A stretch of 64,000 nt of DNA, taken from the NCBI GenBank assembly GCA_951406725.2, contig OX597838.1, positions 43,214,001 through 43,278,000 on the forward strand. Reading direction: 5' to 3'. Made by a program: the position numbers and the translations under genes. Of the stretch, positions 45,330-57,112 are shown piece by piece. The notes under the pieces were generated by a model. That model saw only the letters and a list, made by a program, of their open reading frames with translations. It ran no database searches and was not told the DNA's origin. How positions within the stretch are numbered: the first letter of the stretch is position 1; every line of letters begins with the position of its first letter. Source of the stretch: Octopus vulgaris. Taxonomy: Eukaryota.

Positions 45330-45685
45330 AGGTCAGCGATTGGTCCATTTTGAACTAACCAATGATGCTTTGTTCACCAAATATGGTCAACAAATGAATA
45401 AATAAATAAATGAGTAAATATTCGAAATACAAAGGAAGAAGTTTTCCTTTTTGGTCTTTCTTCTTATAAATTGCCAATATTGATTGACGGGGAGGATTAA
45501 ACATCTACCAGTAATGGATGTATTTGAAGTGTAAGGACGCACAGACACACACACACACCTGGATTGATTGATGGATGGGTAGCTGGATATGACTTGAGTG
45601 TCTTTGTTTGTCAACTGGTTATATTGCATTTGAACAGGTGGACATCATCTGGAATCTAGAGTAGAAGCAGGTCACATGACTTCTG
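45330..45685. promoter_or_regulatory. Candidate cis-regulatory module
   Basis: Apparently non-repetitive island with three CCAAT/ATTGG boxes, TGATTGAC, TGATTGATGGATGG and GTCACATGAC; motif evidence only. Confidence 0.35.
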
Positions 45686-45787
45686 TAGCCAGGCTTGCTT
45701 TGTTTTCACTTTCTTTCTTTTTCTCTTTCTTTTTCTCCTTTCTTTCTTTCTTTCTTTCTTTCCCTTGGCTTTGTCTTTCTCAAGCTT

Positions 45788-45824
<37 letters not shown>

Positions 45825-46207
45825 ACCCTCTCTCTTTCCTCGGTTTTTGTTTCTTTCTCCTTATCTGTATCCCTCTCTTTCTCTCTCCCTACCTCTCTTC
45901 TTGGCTTTGCCCATTCTTTTCGCCTTATCTCTCTCTCTCTCTCTCTCTCCCTCTGAAGCTGACAGGAGAAACTAAGACAAACATTATCAGTGATCCCTTT
46001 GTTTAACTATCATCTATCTGAAAGTGGGGAGCAAGATCAGAGGTGGGTGGGGGTGGGGAATAGATGCCCAGAGCAGGGGGTGGGTGGGGGTGGGCATCAA
46101 TTGATATCTCAGCTCTAGAAATCTATTCAATTCTTCCAGTTTTCCAGTTGCAAGTAATTTTTTTTCCCCTTTTTTACTCCAGTCTAAATTCTCAGAATAC
46201 TCAACGC

Positions 46208-46263
46208 CTGCTCTCACTGGCACCATCTGCTCTCACTGGCACCATCTGCTCTCACTGGCACCA
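46208..46263 (+). repeat. 19-bp tandem repeat x3
   Basis: ctgctctcactggcaccat repeated. Confidence 0.9.
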
Positions 46264-46559
46264 GGTCTTATGTAATAACTTTATGACATGCATTAAAATA
46301 ACCATCTCTGTCTTCCCAATGTGATGAAGATTTATAAATCTGATTAAATGTTTCAAGACAAATGTGTTTCTGTGGCGGCAAAGTGGGACATTTGTATCTA
46401 TGATTCCCTCATTGCATATTCTCATGTTTGCTTGAGTTAATCCTCAAGTGTACTTTTCCTTTCTATTGTTACTAAGACTGCTGGTCTGCAATATCTGTTT
46501 GCCGACTGTTTTACGTGGATCTGGTTTTCTCTCCTTACCTACCTACCTACCTACCTACC

Positions 46560-46793
46560 TATTTCTTTACTACCCACAAGGGGCTAAACACAGAGAGGAC
46601 AAACAAGGACAGACAAAGGAATCAAGTCGATTACATCGACCCCAGTGTGTAACTGGTACTTAATTTATCGACCCTGAAAGGATGAAAGGCAAAGTCAACC
46701 TCGGCGGAATTTGAACCCAGAATGTAATGCCAGACGAAATACGACTATGCATTTCGCTCGGCATGCTAACGATTCTGCCAGCTCACTGCCTTA
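46560..46793 (-). mobile_element. SINE family B inserted in a (CCTA)n tract
   Basis: Complete family B sequence with (tacc)n on both sides. Confidence 0.87.
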
Positions 46794-47283
46794 CCTACCT
46801 ACCTACCTACCTACCTACCTACCTACCTACCTACCCACCTGCCTACCCACCTACCTACCTACCTACCTACCTACCTACCCACCCCTCCGCCATCAGTGTG
46901 TAGATCAAGAGCAATGACCTGCTAATGAAATGATATGAATAGACACATTATCAATCACTTCTGATGTGTGTGTTGTGTGTGTGGTGTGTGTGTGGTGTGG
47001 GTGTGTGTGTGTTGGTGTGTGTGTGTTGGTGTGGGTGTGTGTGTTGGCAACTCAATGGTGTTGTTATTAACATTATTGATCACACAGTCATAAGTTGAAA
47101 CTTTAACCCTTCAGCTTATTCAAACTGGCCATATCCAGCCTAGATATTCTTCCTGTCTTATTTGATCACGCAATTGGATCCAGCCTCTCACACCTACCCT
47201 GCAATGTCTTTCTTAAAATAAGAAATCACATCATCAAAATCTCAAACCTACAAGATAATGCATGATTAATTGGAAACAATGTG

Positions 47284-47650
47284 AACAAGAGCACTCAGAG
47301 AGCGCAAACCTCCACCAAGGCGACACCATCGTCCTCTCAACGATGAGCCAGAGATGATTTTTAAAATGAGAATATCTGAAATAAACTCGATTGCTCTCAC
47401 AAATGAGAATACTAAAAATAAACCCAACCACCCTCAAAAATTAAATAAAAAAACAGGAAAAATAATCCAGAATCCTTGTCTGGTACCAGATCGATCCCAA
47501 AATCTAATCAATTCATGCTAGTCACGAGACCAAACATCTCTGAAAGTTTCATCCGAATCCATCCAGTGGTTCTTGAAATATCTTGTCCACAGACAAACAA
47601 ACAAACACCACTGAAAACAATACCTCTGCCTTCGCTAAGGCAGAGGTAAT
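47284..47650 (-). mobile_element. HINE / non-autonomous Helentron (DINE-1-like)
   Basis: Minus strand: palindrome tacctctgccttagcgaaggcagaggta, (gttt)n, subterminal IR gccttggtggaggt, 3' hairpin and T-rich end. It interrupts a family E MITE. Confidence 0.82.
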
Positions 47651-48416
47651 CAATAAAGATTACATTTGACAGAGGAATCTGAATGCTAAATGGATAATCT
47701 GTCCTTTTTTGTTCTCCTGGAAAGGGAATATATGTTGATTGGTCCCCTCCCTATGTCCTGGACTGTAACAAGGATGCAAAAATATTTACCTGTGGCTGGT
47801 GAAAGATGAGCTTGATGTAGCTGATGAGTATGAGGTAGAGGTGGAAGTAGTCACTTGTGAATATGAGTCGGTGGTGCTATGTTGCTCCACTGGCCTTTAA
47901 CTCCTTATTCGTAGCAGACTGAAGATTTTCAGTGCACCTCCTTAATTACACATTTTGTTTTCTTGATCAGGAATGTCGTTTTGAGCTTCTCAGGTGCTAT
48001 CTTTATATTCTTCAGGGAATATTAAAGGAACCATTTCTTCATCTTGAACTGCATATTCTCAGTTTTTAGATGGCACTCACTCATCATCATCACCATCGTT
48101 ATTATCATCATGCTGCTGTCCATGTTCCGTGCTGGGTTGGAGAGTTTGACAGGACTGGATGTATCCAAGGATCGCAATGAGTTCCAGTGTCTGCTTTTAC
48201 TGCCGGATACCCTTCCTAACACCAACCACCATACAGAATGGATGGGGTGCTTTCTTCATGCAACCCGCATGACTGAATTTTCCTTTTATTCCTTGGCTGG
48301 AAATATTTCCCAATCCTTATTCAAACCTCGATCAAACATCTGGACATGGATCTCGATGTGCTTCAAGAGCACACAACTCAGATTTCAACCCCACCTACAT
48401 TATATATATATATTAT

Positions 48417-48802
48417 AGGTGCAGGAGTGGCTGTGTGGTAAGTAGCTTGCTAACCAACCACATCGTTCTGGGTTCAGTCCTACTGCATGGCATCTTGGGC
48501 GAGTGTCTTCTACTATAGCTTCAGTGCAACCAAAGCCTTGTGAGTGGATTTGGTAGACGGAAACTGAAAGAAGCCCGACATGTATATATATGTGTGTGTC
48601 TGTGCTTGTCTCCCCACCATCACTTGACAACCAATGCTGGTGTGTTTACGTCCCCGTAACTTAGTGGTTTGGCAAAAGAGCATTATAGAATAAGGACTAG
48701 GCTTACAAAGAATAAGTCCTGGGGTCGATTTGCTTAACTAAAGGTGGTGCTCCAGCATGGCTGCAGTCAAATGACTGAAACAAGTAAAAGAATAAAAGAA
48801 TA
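48417..48802 (+). mobile_element. Full-length SINE family A
   Basis: Complete head, core, microsatellite and tail, as at 17478. Confidence 0.9.
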
Positions 48803-49008
48803 GTCATGGGGCGGTTTTCTCCCCCTGTCAGTATATTTATATATTTGCACTCTTCTTACAGCATTAAGAGTATTTTAACTCTTATTTCTAGCAATGTAGG
48901 TGCTTTGACACCTTTAGTCACACTTAGTGATGATTGAATTTTTCTTTTATGGTATCACATTGTACCTATCAATTTTTAGGATATGCCTTAACATTTTGCT
49001 AAATCATC

Positions 49009-49053
<45 letters not shown>

Positions 49054-49153
49054 GTATATATATATAGTTAATCCAAGCGTGAAAACACAACGTGAGGACG
49101 TGGAACAAGTATAGTGTTATTGGACGCTCAGGAAAGGAAAGAAAGAAGGAGGA

Positions 49154-49186
49154 TTTAACATTTTGAGCAGAGCTCTTCATCAGAAA
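49154..49186 (-). ncRNA. Degenerate hammerhead motif in a TA-adjacent pLTR fragment (about 49067-49260)
   Basis: UUU CUGAUGA A GAGC-ucu-GCUC AAAAUGU U AAA; the GAAACGU segment shows CpG-type decay. Confidence 0.55.
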
Positions 49187-49620
49187 CATAGAAAAAGGAA
49201 AGATCCAAAGAAGGGAAGACGCAGAAAGAAAATCGCCAACGTTCCACGCGGTCACATTTTGAATGACCCGAAGGGAATGGGTAGATAAATTCACCTTCCA
49301 AGTCTATCCAATGTTTACAGTTGTCACCCAACCTCCCTCCCCTCATCCCTCACTCTCCTACTCACTCTTGGAACCTTCTCTCACCCACACTCCTTGTTCC
49401 TTCCCCATTCACTTCTATTCATGGCATGCTAAAAAATCCTTCAATGTATTCTCTAGAGTGGTTCACATTAGGAAGGGCATCCAGCTGCAGATACTATGCT
49501 AGAGCAGACACTGGCGCATGATGCGGTCGTTGGGGCCACCACATTTTGCCAAATCATCTAATACATGTCAGCAGAACATGGATGATAAGTGATGATGATA
49601 CTCACATGCACACATACACA

Positions 49621-49665
<45 letters not shown>

Positions 49666-49980
49666 ATGCACACACACCATATTTATTTGATGGCATAAAA
49701 GACACATGGGCATATTAGATGTACCCTAATTTCAGCAGTGCAGATTCAGGTGAAAAATTGCTTTAATCCATTGAAGCATGTAATATGGCTCCAACTTGCA
49801 TATGTGACCCCTAGGGGATGTTTTGAGATGTGTTTTTGGGAAAAAAAGTGCATCTTATACACCATGAAATGCAGTATCTAATATAGTGAAAATTTACGAA
49901 AAAAAAAACAACAAAAGCTGAAGACGGGTGTGTAAACAACAAACAGATGCATTAGTTTAATGCTTGGGAAGTAAGAAAGT

Positions 49981-50016
49981 CTTTTATGTTTTGAGCCTAT
50001 GCTCTTCAGCAGAAAG
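49981..50016 (-). ncRNA. Degenerate hammerhead motif (same family as 35066)
   Basis: CUUU CUGCUGA A GAGC-auag-GCUC AAAACAU A AAAG. Confidence 0.5.
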
Positions 50017-50092
50017 GAACACAGAAATAAACAGGGAGAGAAAATAAAGAAAAGGTTTAGTGGCTAGCGATCTATCATGGTGAATATGAGAT

Positions 50093-50254
50093 AGGTGCAG
50101 GCAAGGCTGTGTGGTGAGGAGCTTACTTCCGAACCACATGGATCCAGGTTCAGTCCCACTGCATGACACCTTGGGCAAGTGTCTTCTACTTTAGTTTCAG
50201 GCCAACCAAAGCCTTGTGAGTGGATTTGGTAGACAGAGACTGAAAGTAACCCGT

Positions 50255-50301
<47 letters not shown>

Positions 50302-50528
50302 CTATGTATGTGTGTGTGTGTGTGTGTGCGTCTGTGTTTGTTCCTCTGACCATTGCTTGACAACTGATGTTGGTGTGTTTATGTCCCTGTAATGTAGCGG
50401 TTTGGCAAAAGAGACTGATAGAATAAGTACAAGGCTTACAAAGAATAAGTCCTGGGGTTGGTCTGACTAAAGGTGGTGCTCCAGTATGGCCGCAGTCAGA
50501 GACTGAAACAAGTAAAAAAATAAAAGAA
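50093..50528 (+). mobile_element. Full-length SINE family A
   Basis: Complete copy with internal (TA)n(TG)n. Confidence 0.9.
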
Positions 50529-51012
50529 TGTGTGTCTATATATATGTATATATATTATATTATTTTTTATTATGAAAATTGTAATTTATATTTTAATTTA
50601 AAACGAAAATTAATGTCTTGGTAAAAAATAGTGAATTGTGTGGAATAATGAAATGACTGATCTGTGATGGGTTGATGTTGGCCTAAGGTCACAAGTCCTC
50701 TACTTTCTGATCCGGTTCTCTGACATTGTTCTGAAATGCTGTGTTTTTTTGCTAATTATTCGTTACTGTCAGTATTTTAAAGGTCAGCTGGCATGTAATA
50801 TTGCTGAATAGGTTGGGTGCTGGTTTGGCTTTCACTCTAGGCTTCTGTTTTATGGGTTTTTTTGTTTGTTTTGGTTTTGTTTTTAAACTAGGCACCTATT
50901 AGCAGCCATCTGCCTTCTCTTGCCAGTCTCTGCCTGTGCACTTAAAACCAGACATTTTTACTAAAGCTTCTCTATTTTACTTTTCCTTTTTTCTCTTATA
51001 AATTTGTTTTAG

Positions 51013-51015
51013 AAG
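51013..51015 (+). other. Candidate 3-nt microexon (AAG) or recursive splice site
   Basis: 44-nt AG-free pyrimidine-rich tract followed by TAG|AAG|GTAAGT in apparently unique sequence. Confidence 0.5.
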
Positions 51016-51656
51016 GTAAGTGTGTGCCTTTTTGCCAGTTGCTTTATCCATTTTCTTTGGGTATTTCAGTTAAACAACTCCAAAAAAGAGAGAGAAAAAA
51101 ACAAAAAACAGAATGAATGAAAGAAAGTAAGAAATGAAAAATTGCTGTGGAATTATGGAATTATCATTAATTAACTATTATTGGTATTATTAAATAATTT
51201 AATTTTGGAGAAAATAAAATTTAAAAAATAAAAGAAAATCAAGGAGGCTCGGGGAGTGTTTTTGCTTGCGTATGATCTGTCTGTGTGGCTGGGAGGAGAA
51301 ACCTTTACTGAAATATATAGATCATGCATATATATATATATATATACATACACACACTCTCTCATACACGTATATTAATATATATATATATACACACACA
51401 CACACATGTATGTAATATATATGTATGATGTAGATGTTTGCTTTTATGTCAAGTTATGTATGTATAAAACCATTTTAACTTTAAACTTGAAGGATTCCAT
51501 ATTTATTAACTTTGACAAGGGAAAAGTTGACAGTGACTTTGAAGTTTTGGTGATGAAGACGAGCAAGTTGAAACTTGTAGGTCATTGCCAACCCTTTACT
51601 TGTAAAAGTTAATGTACGTATGTGTGTGTCCGTGTGTGTGTGTGTGTGTGTGGGTA

Positions 51657-51687
<31 letters not shown>

Positions 51688-51755
51688 ATGTATATGCATG
51701 TATACATATGTATGTATGTGTATATATAAATATATATATATCAATACACACACAT

Positions 51756-51806
<51 letters not shown>

Positions 51807-52328
51807 TATGTGTGTGTGTGTGTAGTCATAAAATTTTCCCATGCAAAATAAACTTGTGCTCCCCCCCTCCATCCCAACAGTTATTATTGTGTTTGCCAGA
51901 GAACACAGCACCACCGTTATATCTAATATAATCCATTTATTCACATGTGTCATTAGTCAGATTTGTCATTAATCACATGTTGATTTAGAGTTAATTGTTA
52001 TGAATTTTAGTTGATCAATTCTCAGTTTTCGACCATTTTTTTTTTGTTTCCACAATTCTTTGATTGAAGACACCACCCCATGAAATGTATCCCTGGTGCC
52101 GTGAAACAGCAACAGTGCATTTACATTGTCTCTTGACCCACTAGAAATAGCAGCCAAAACTCTTTCATATCACATGCCACTTTTTTTGTGTTTTTAGAAA
52201 CTCTGGGAGATCCTATTGGGTGTAAGCATAGGGTAGGGGTGGGGGATACAAATAGAAAAAGAAAAGGAGTACCATGGATGGAATGTCTTTGTTCATAGTT
52301 CCTGTCTGTCAAGGTTGGTTTGGAACTA

Positions 52329-52672
52329 CTGTATTTTCTGGCATACAAGTCAACACAGTATATGGGGTAGACATTCAAACACCATCATCATATTTTCAAT
52401 TCCTTCTGAATTTCACATGGAATTTTTCGATCCTCCAAAGTTGTCCTGGTGTAAAAAGTCAACCGAAATGTTTTTCAGTTCTAGGAATAAGAACCGAGGT
52501 TCGAAATTTCCCCCAAGACACCTGATGAAGACTGGAGGATATATTAGCTGAAACGTTGTGTTAACAACAAACATGATGAGGACAAGTCAATGGTAAATAA
52601 TGTAAATAATCTAAATGTTTTTGGCTATAAATTTTGGTCTGGAGAATTTGACTTGTATGCCAGAAAATGCGG
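52329..52672. mobile_element. Tc1/pogo-type MITE interrupted by a hammerhead-bearing fragment
   Basis: TIRs ctgtattttctggcatacaagtcaa and ttgacttgtatgccagaaaatgcgg; relatives near 7326 and 15380. Confidence 0.78.
52517..52562 (+). ncRNA. Minimal hammerhead motif (same family as 26063)
   Basis: GACAC CUGAUGA A GACUG-gaggauauau-UAGCU GAA ACGU U GUGUU. Confidence 0.68.
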
Positions 52673-55600
52673 TGGGCAGCAGCAATTTCTAGCGCTGAAA
52701 CTTAGCAAATAACAATTAGTCTTTGATTGTCAAGTTGTAATATTTTATTTATTATGGTTTAATCATTAGAATTATCGGAAAAAATAACTTTCACCAATAT
52801 TTGTTCCAGTTCTTTACATTCCTTCATAAATTCCACTTATTCTGTAGATTTTTGCATTCTGATTCATTTTTATATATTTAATCATTTCTGGTAGGATGGC
52901 TTTGGTTTTGTCATAAAAAATTCTATGATTTTGGTTTTAAATTCTTCACTTCTCAATCAGTTCTGAAAATTTCCTTTGTCCATTCCTCTTTTGTTCAGGT
53001 TTTTGATGTTGAAGGGTGTCTTCTTGCCATTGTCTTTACATGACAATTTGTTGTCCATTTTTTAACTTCATTATCATCATCATTTAACATTCTCCATGCT
53101 GGCATGGGTTGGATGCTTTGATGGGAGCTGGCAAATATGGAAACTGTGCAAAGCTCCGTTGTATGTTTTGGTATGGTTTCAATGGCCAGATACCTTTCCT
53201 AACACCAAACACTTTACAGAATGTCTGCTGGGTGCTTTTTTTACATGGCACCTGTAGCAGGGAGGTCACCAAAGAACTTATAAGACGAGAACCCTCGATT
53301 GAGTGGGGAGTGAAGGAGGTGGCCTTTATGTTAGAGCTAGAACCTGAATAGAAGAACAGAAGTGTCTTGCAGTGGATGGGATGATGGCTACCTCAGTTGG
53401 AGAGAGAGAGGGAGAGATAGGAGAGGGATAAAATGGTGAGGAGATGATGGAGTGTACACTCAGGTTACAGATATGTATAGTGAATGGGACCAATATTTTC
53501 CCAAACCCTTTTGTCACCATATTTTTGTTGAAATACACTGTCTTTATTTCAAGTAATTTTTTAATTAATGAAGAATTTAGTAAAATAACTTTGTCGTTAT
53601 TAATCTGGTGTTTGGAACATAAATTAACAGGAAATTTTGGTGAAAGGTTTTAATTTAGATAATTTTTAATCCTTTGGTGTTCAGATTACTCTGTTAAACG
53701 TAATACTTTTTCACTGAAATTGTTTTGAATTTATCATGCATTATCTTTGAGGTTTCAATGACATGATTGTTTATTTTTAGAATGTCATTGTAGGTTAGGT
53801 GTGAGAGGCTAGATATGGCCTGTTTGAATATAAAATGTGTAGAATATTTCGGCTGGTTATGGCTGGTTTAAACACTAAAGTGTTAAGACAGGAATTTTGT
53901 ATGATAGGAGTCTCAGGCAGATTAGTACCAAAAGGATTAAATATTTTCCATTATTATTTCTCCATGTTCCTCTTTTACTTCAATATTTCTTCTATTTTGG
54001 TATTTTTGAAGATAGAAAAACTGGTTTTTTTTTGTTTACACATAGCTATTTATATTATTTGATTTTTATTCTTTATTAGATATTTTAGCAGGCCTACAGT
54101 GTGTATAGACATAATAATCTTCTAATTACAGAATGGTTGTTCCTCTCAGTATTAGATGCCAATGTATTATTCTAAATGGAATCCTGATGTTTCTTCTTTT
54201 CCTCTTTTTGTTTTGCTAATTCATTTGACTTCCATATAAGTTTAACTTATTACTTAACGAACTAAACCATTGATATTATTACCTTATTGTTGACATTTAA
54301 TTCGATTATAATTATTAATCTAATGCATCTATGATATTCCTCTATAAACTGTTCTTTCATTTGTGTGTGTGTCTTCCTGTGTCTCGTTCTAGAATTCCTA
54401 AGTATATCTACCTCTCATCTCATTCTCTCTGTTTCTTTATCTAACTCACATTTTGTTTTATTCATTTTCCTTTATGTTAACCTTTTTGTGTGGAGGCACA
54501 TGGCTTAGTGGTTAGGGTATTTGGCATCATGATTGTAAGATTGTGGTTTCGATTCTTGGACTGGGCGACGCATTGTGTTCTTGAGCAAAACACTTCATCT
54601 CACGTTGCTCCAGTCCACTCAGCTGTCAAAAATGAGTAACGCTGCAATGGACTGGCGTCCCGTCAAGCTGGGGAACACATATGCCATAGAAATCGGGAAA
54701 CCGGGCCCATGAGCCTGGCTCGGCTTTAAAAGGGTGCATTTATCTATTATTTAACCTTTTCGTATTCAGATTGCTTATTTGTCTTCATTGTTTTGAATCA
54801 CTCATGCATTATTTTGTAGCTTTGAGATTTCAGTGATGCGTTTCTTTATTTCTAGAATGATATTGTAGGGTAGGTGTGAAAGGCTGGACCTGGTCAGTTT
54901 GAGCAGAATGAAACAGAATATTTTGGTTGGATATGGTCAGTTTAAATACAAAAGTGTTGAAGTTGCCTTGGTGCTTTTGCTGAACTAAATTCCATATTCA
55001 TTCCTCTAGTAAATCAAGTTTCCTATTGTTTATCATTTGTAGTGTACAACTTAAGGTTATTCACTTATGAAACCTGGTCAATTGTCCTTCTATAGCATTT
55101 GTACAGGGCTATAGGCTAAGTTTAGTTTTTTGGCTAAAACTGTTAATGTCAAGCAGAAAACATATAGAGAGAGGGAGTCTCTTAGAAATATTTGTATTCC
55201 AATAGAGATGGTATTTGGCAATTATAATTCCCACTTTCATTTGTATCTTCAGAATTGTTTGTCATTTATCCAGGAAGTATTTTAATGGTCCTCCTTAATA
55301 TTGCTGCTACCACACTTTAAGTAATGTTTCCACAATCCACAGACAGCGAACACAGTCAAAAGCATTCTACTAATCAATCCATGCTGTTCTCAGACCTTTC
55401 TTTCACTTTCCACTGTTTTTTTCTTATTGCCTCATTGATCACTAATTGATCTTCACAACCATTTTCCCTTCTGGAAATCAATTTTTTTCTTCCAATGCAA
55501 CTAGTTATCCTGCAAGATGTTATTCCAGTTTCTGGTTTAGTAAACTGGTAGGTTTTGGTTGGTCATTTATATCTTCAGATTTATCATCATCAGCATCGTT

Positions 55601-56749
55601 TAACATCCGCTTCCCATGCTGGCATGGGTTGGATGGTTTGATTGAGGACTGGCGAGCCAGAGGCTGCACCAGGCTCAATCTGATCTGGCAAAGTTTCTAC
55701 AGCTCGATGCCCTTCCTAATGCCAACCACTCTGAGAGTGTAGTGGGGACTTTTTACGTGATACCGACACGAGGGGGTTAAAATCTTTTTTCCCCTTGTCA
55801 GTGAGTCATTCAGCTGTTGTTTCTGGCTCTTTGAGTATCATCCATTAGATATTCTTACCAGAACTCTATGTATATCAAATATTTCGACCAAAAATTTGGG
55901 AAAGTATCTCTTCCAAGTGATTTTTACTTGTTTATTTTATTTTATTATTGTATATTTTTTTAGTTTCTTTCATCCCACCCATCCTAGACCCCTTATCATC
56001 CCTCATGAGTCTGCTTTGAACCATCACCCATTCTCTCTTGTGTTCACCTTCACTTTAGGGTCTTAGCACGTTTCAAGGTGATCCTCATTAATGCAGGTGT
56101 CATGAAAAAGCTAAAAACACCCAGTGAACCCTATAAAAATGACATTCAGCCACAGAGACCATGCGGAAGCAGACATTGGTAGATGATGCAATCTTTTAAC
56201 TTGTCAGACGCTGTTGAACCATCCAACCATGCCAACATAGATGAAGTCAGACGTTAAATGTTGATGGTGTCTGGTTTTCATCTTCTACTCATCTGTCAAT
56301 ATGTCCCCATCACCACATTTGTTCACACACTACATTTGTTGTTTTAAATATTCTCAAACTGTGACAATTCCTTTATGGTTCTTCAGACTCTTTCCCACAA
56401 GTTCTTCTGCTTCTCTTGTTGTTGGTGTTGCAGTCATTTTACCAAATTCTTGATAAAAAAACCCTTTTAGAGTTCAACTGTTTGTTTTGTTCAAAAAATT
56501 ATCCCTTCTCAAATAAGGTTTCTTTTTAGTCTTTGCTTTCAAGTACTTTAATATTTTTGTTACATAACTGTAGTATTTGTCTCTCTTTTCTGTTTCATTC
56601 ATCTCTTTTATATTACCACTTAAGAGATTTTTTTTCCTGTAATTTTCTATATATTTTCTATTTGTTTCCCACAATGTTTGGGTTTTGATATTCTAGTATA
56701 AATAGCTCTGAGGGAATATCTACTTTCATTTGTAATTACTATGACTGAC

Positions 56750-56797
<48 letters not shown>

Positions 56798-56884
56798 CAG
56801 TGATATTGTTGCTAGCTTCTATTATCATTGTTTCACAATGACAAAGTTTACAATTTTTATTGTTGTTTATTCCTAAATTTTCTT

Positions 56885-57112
56885 TTAACCCCTTTGATAC
56901 CAACCCAGCTGAAACCGGCTCTGGCTCTGTAGTACAAATAACTTGTTTTCAAAAGTTCTGAATTAAAATCTTCCACCAAACCTTAGTCACAATTTATGTT
57001 CCTAACACTAGCTGAATGATAACTAAGTTATTTTACTAAATTCTTTGTTATATTTAAAATTAATTGAAAGAAACAGAGCATCTCAACAGAAATACGGTAA
57101 CGAATGGGTTAA
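56885..57112. mobile_element. TTAA-flanked piggyBac-type MITE (family F)
   Basis: ttaa-cccctttgatacc ... ggtaacgaatggg-ttaa. Decayed copies near 3610-3980, 25280-25520, 33060-33280, 53500-53940 and 59900-60280. Confidence 0.75.
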
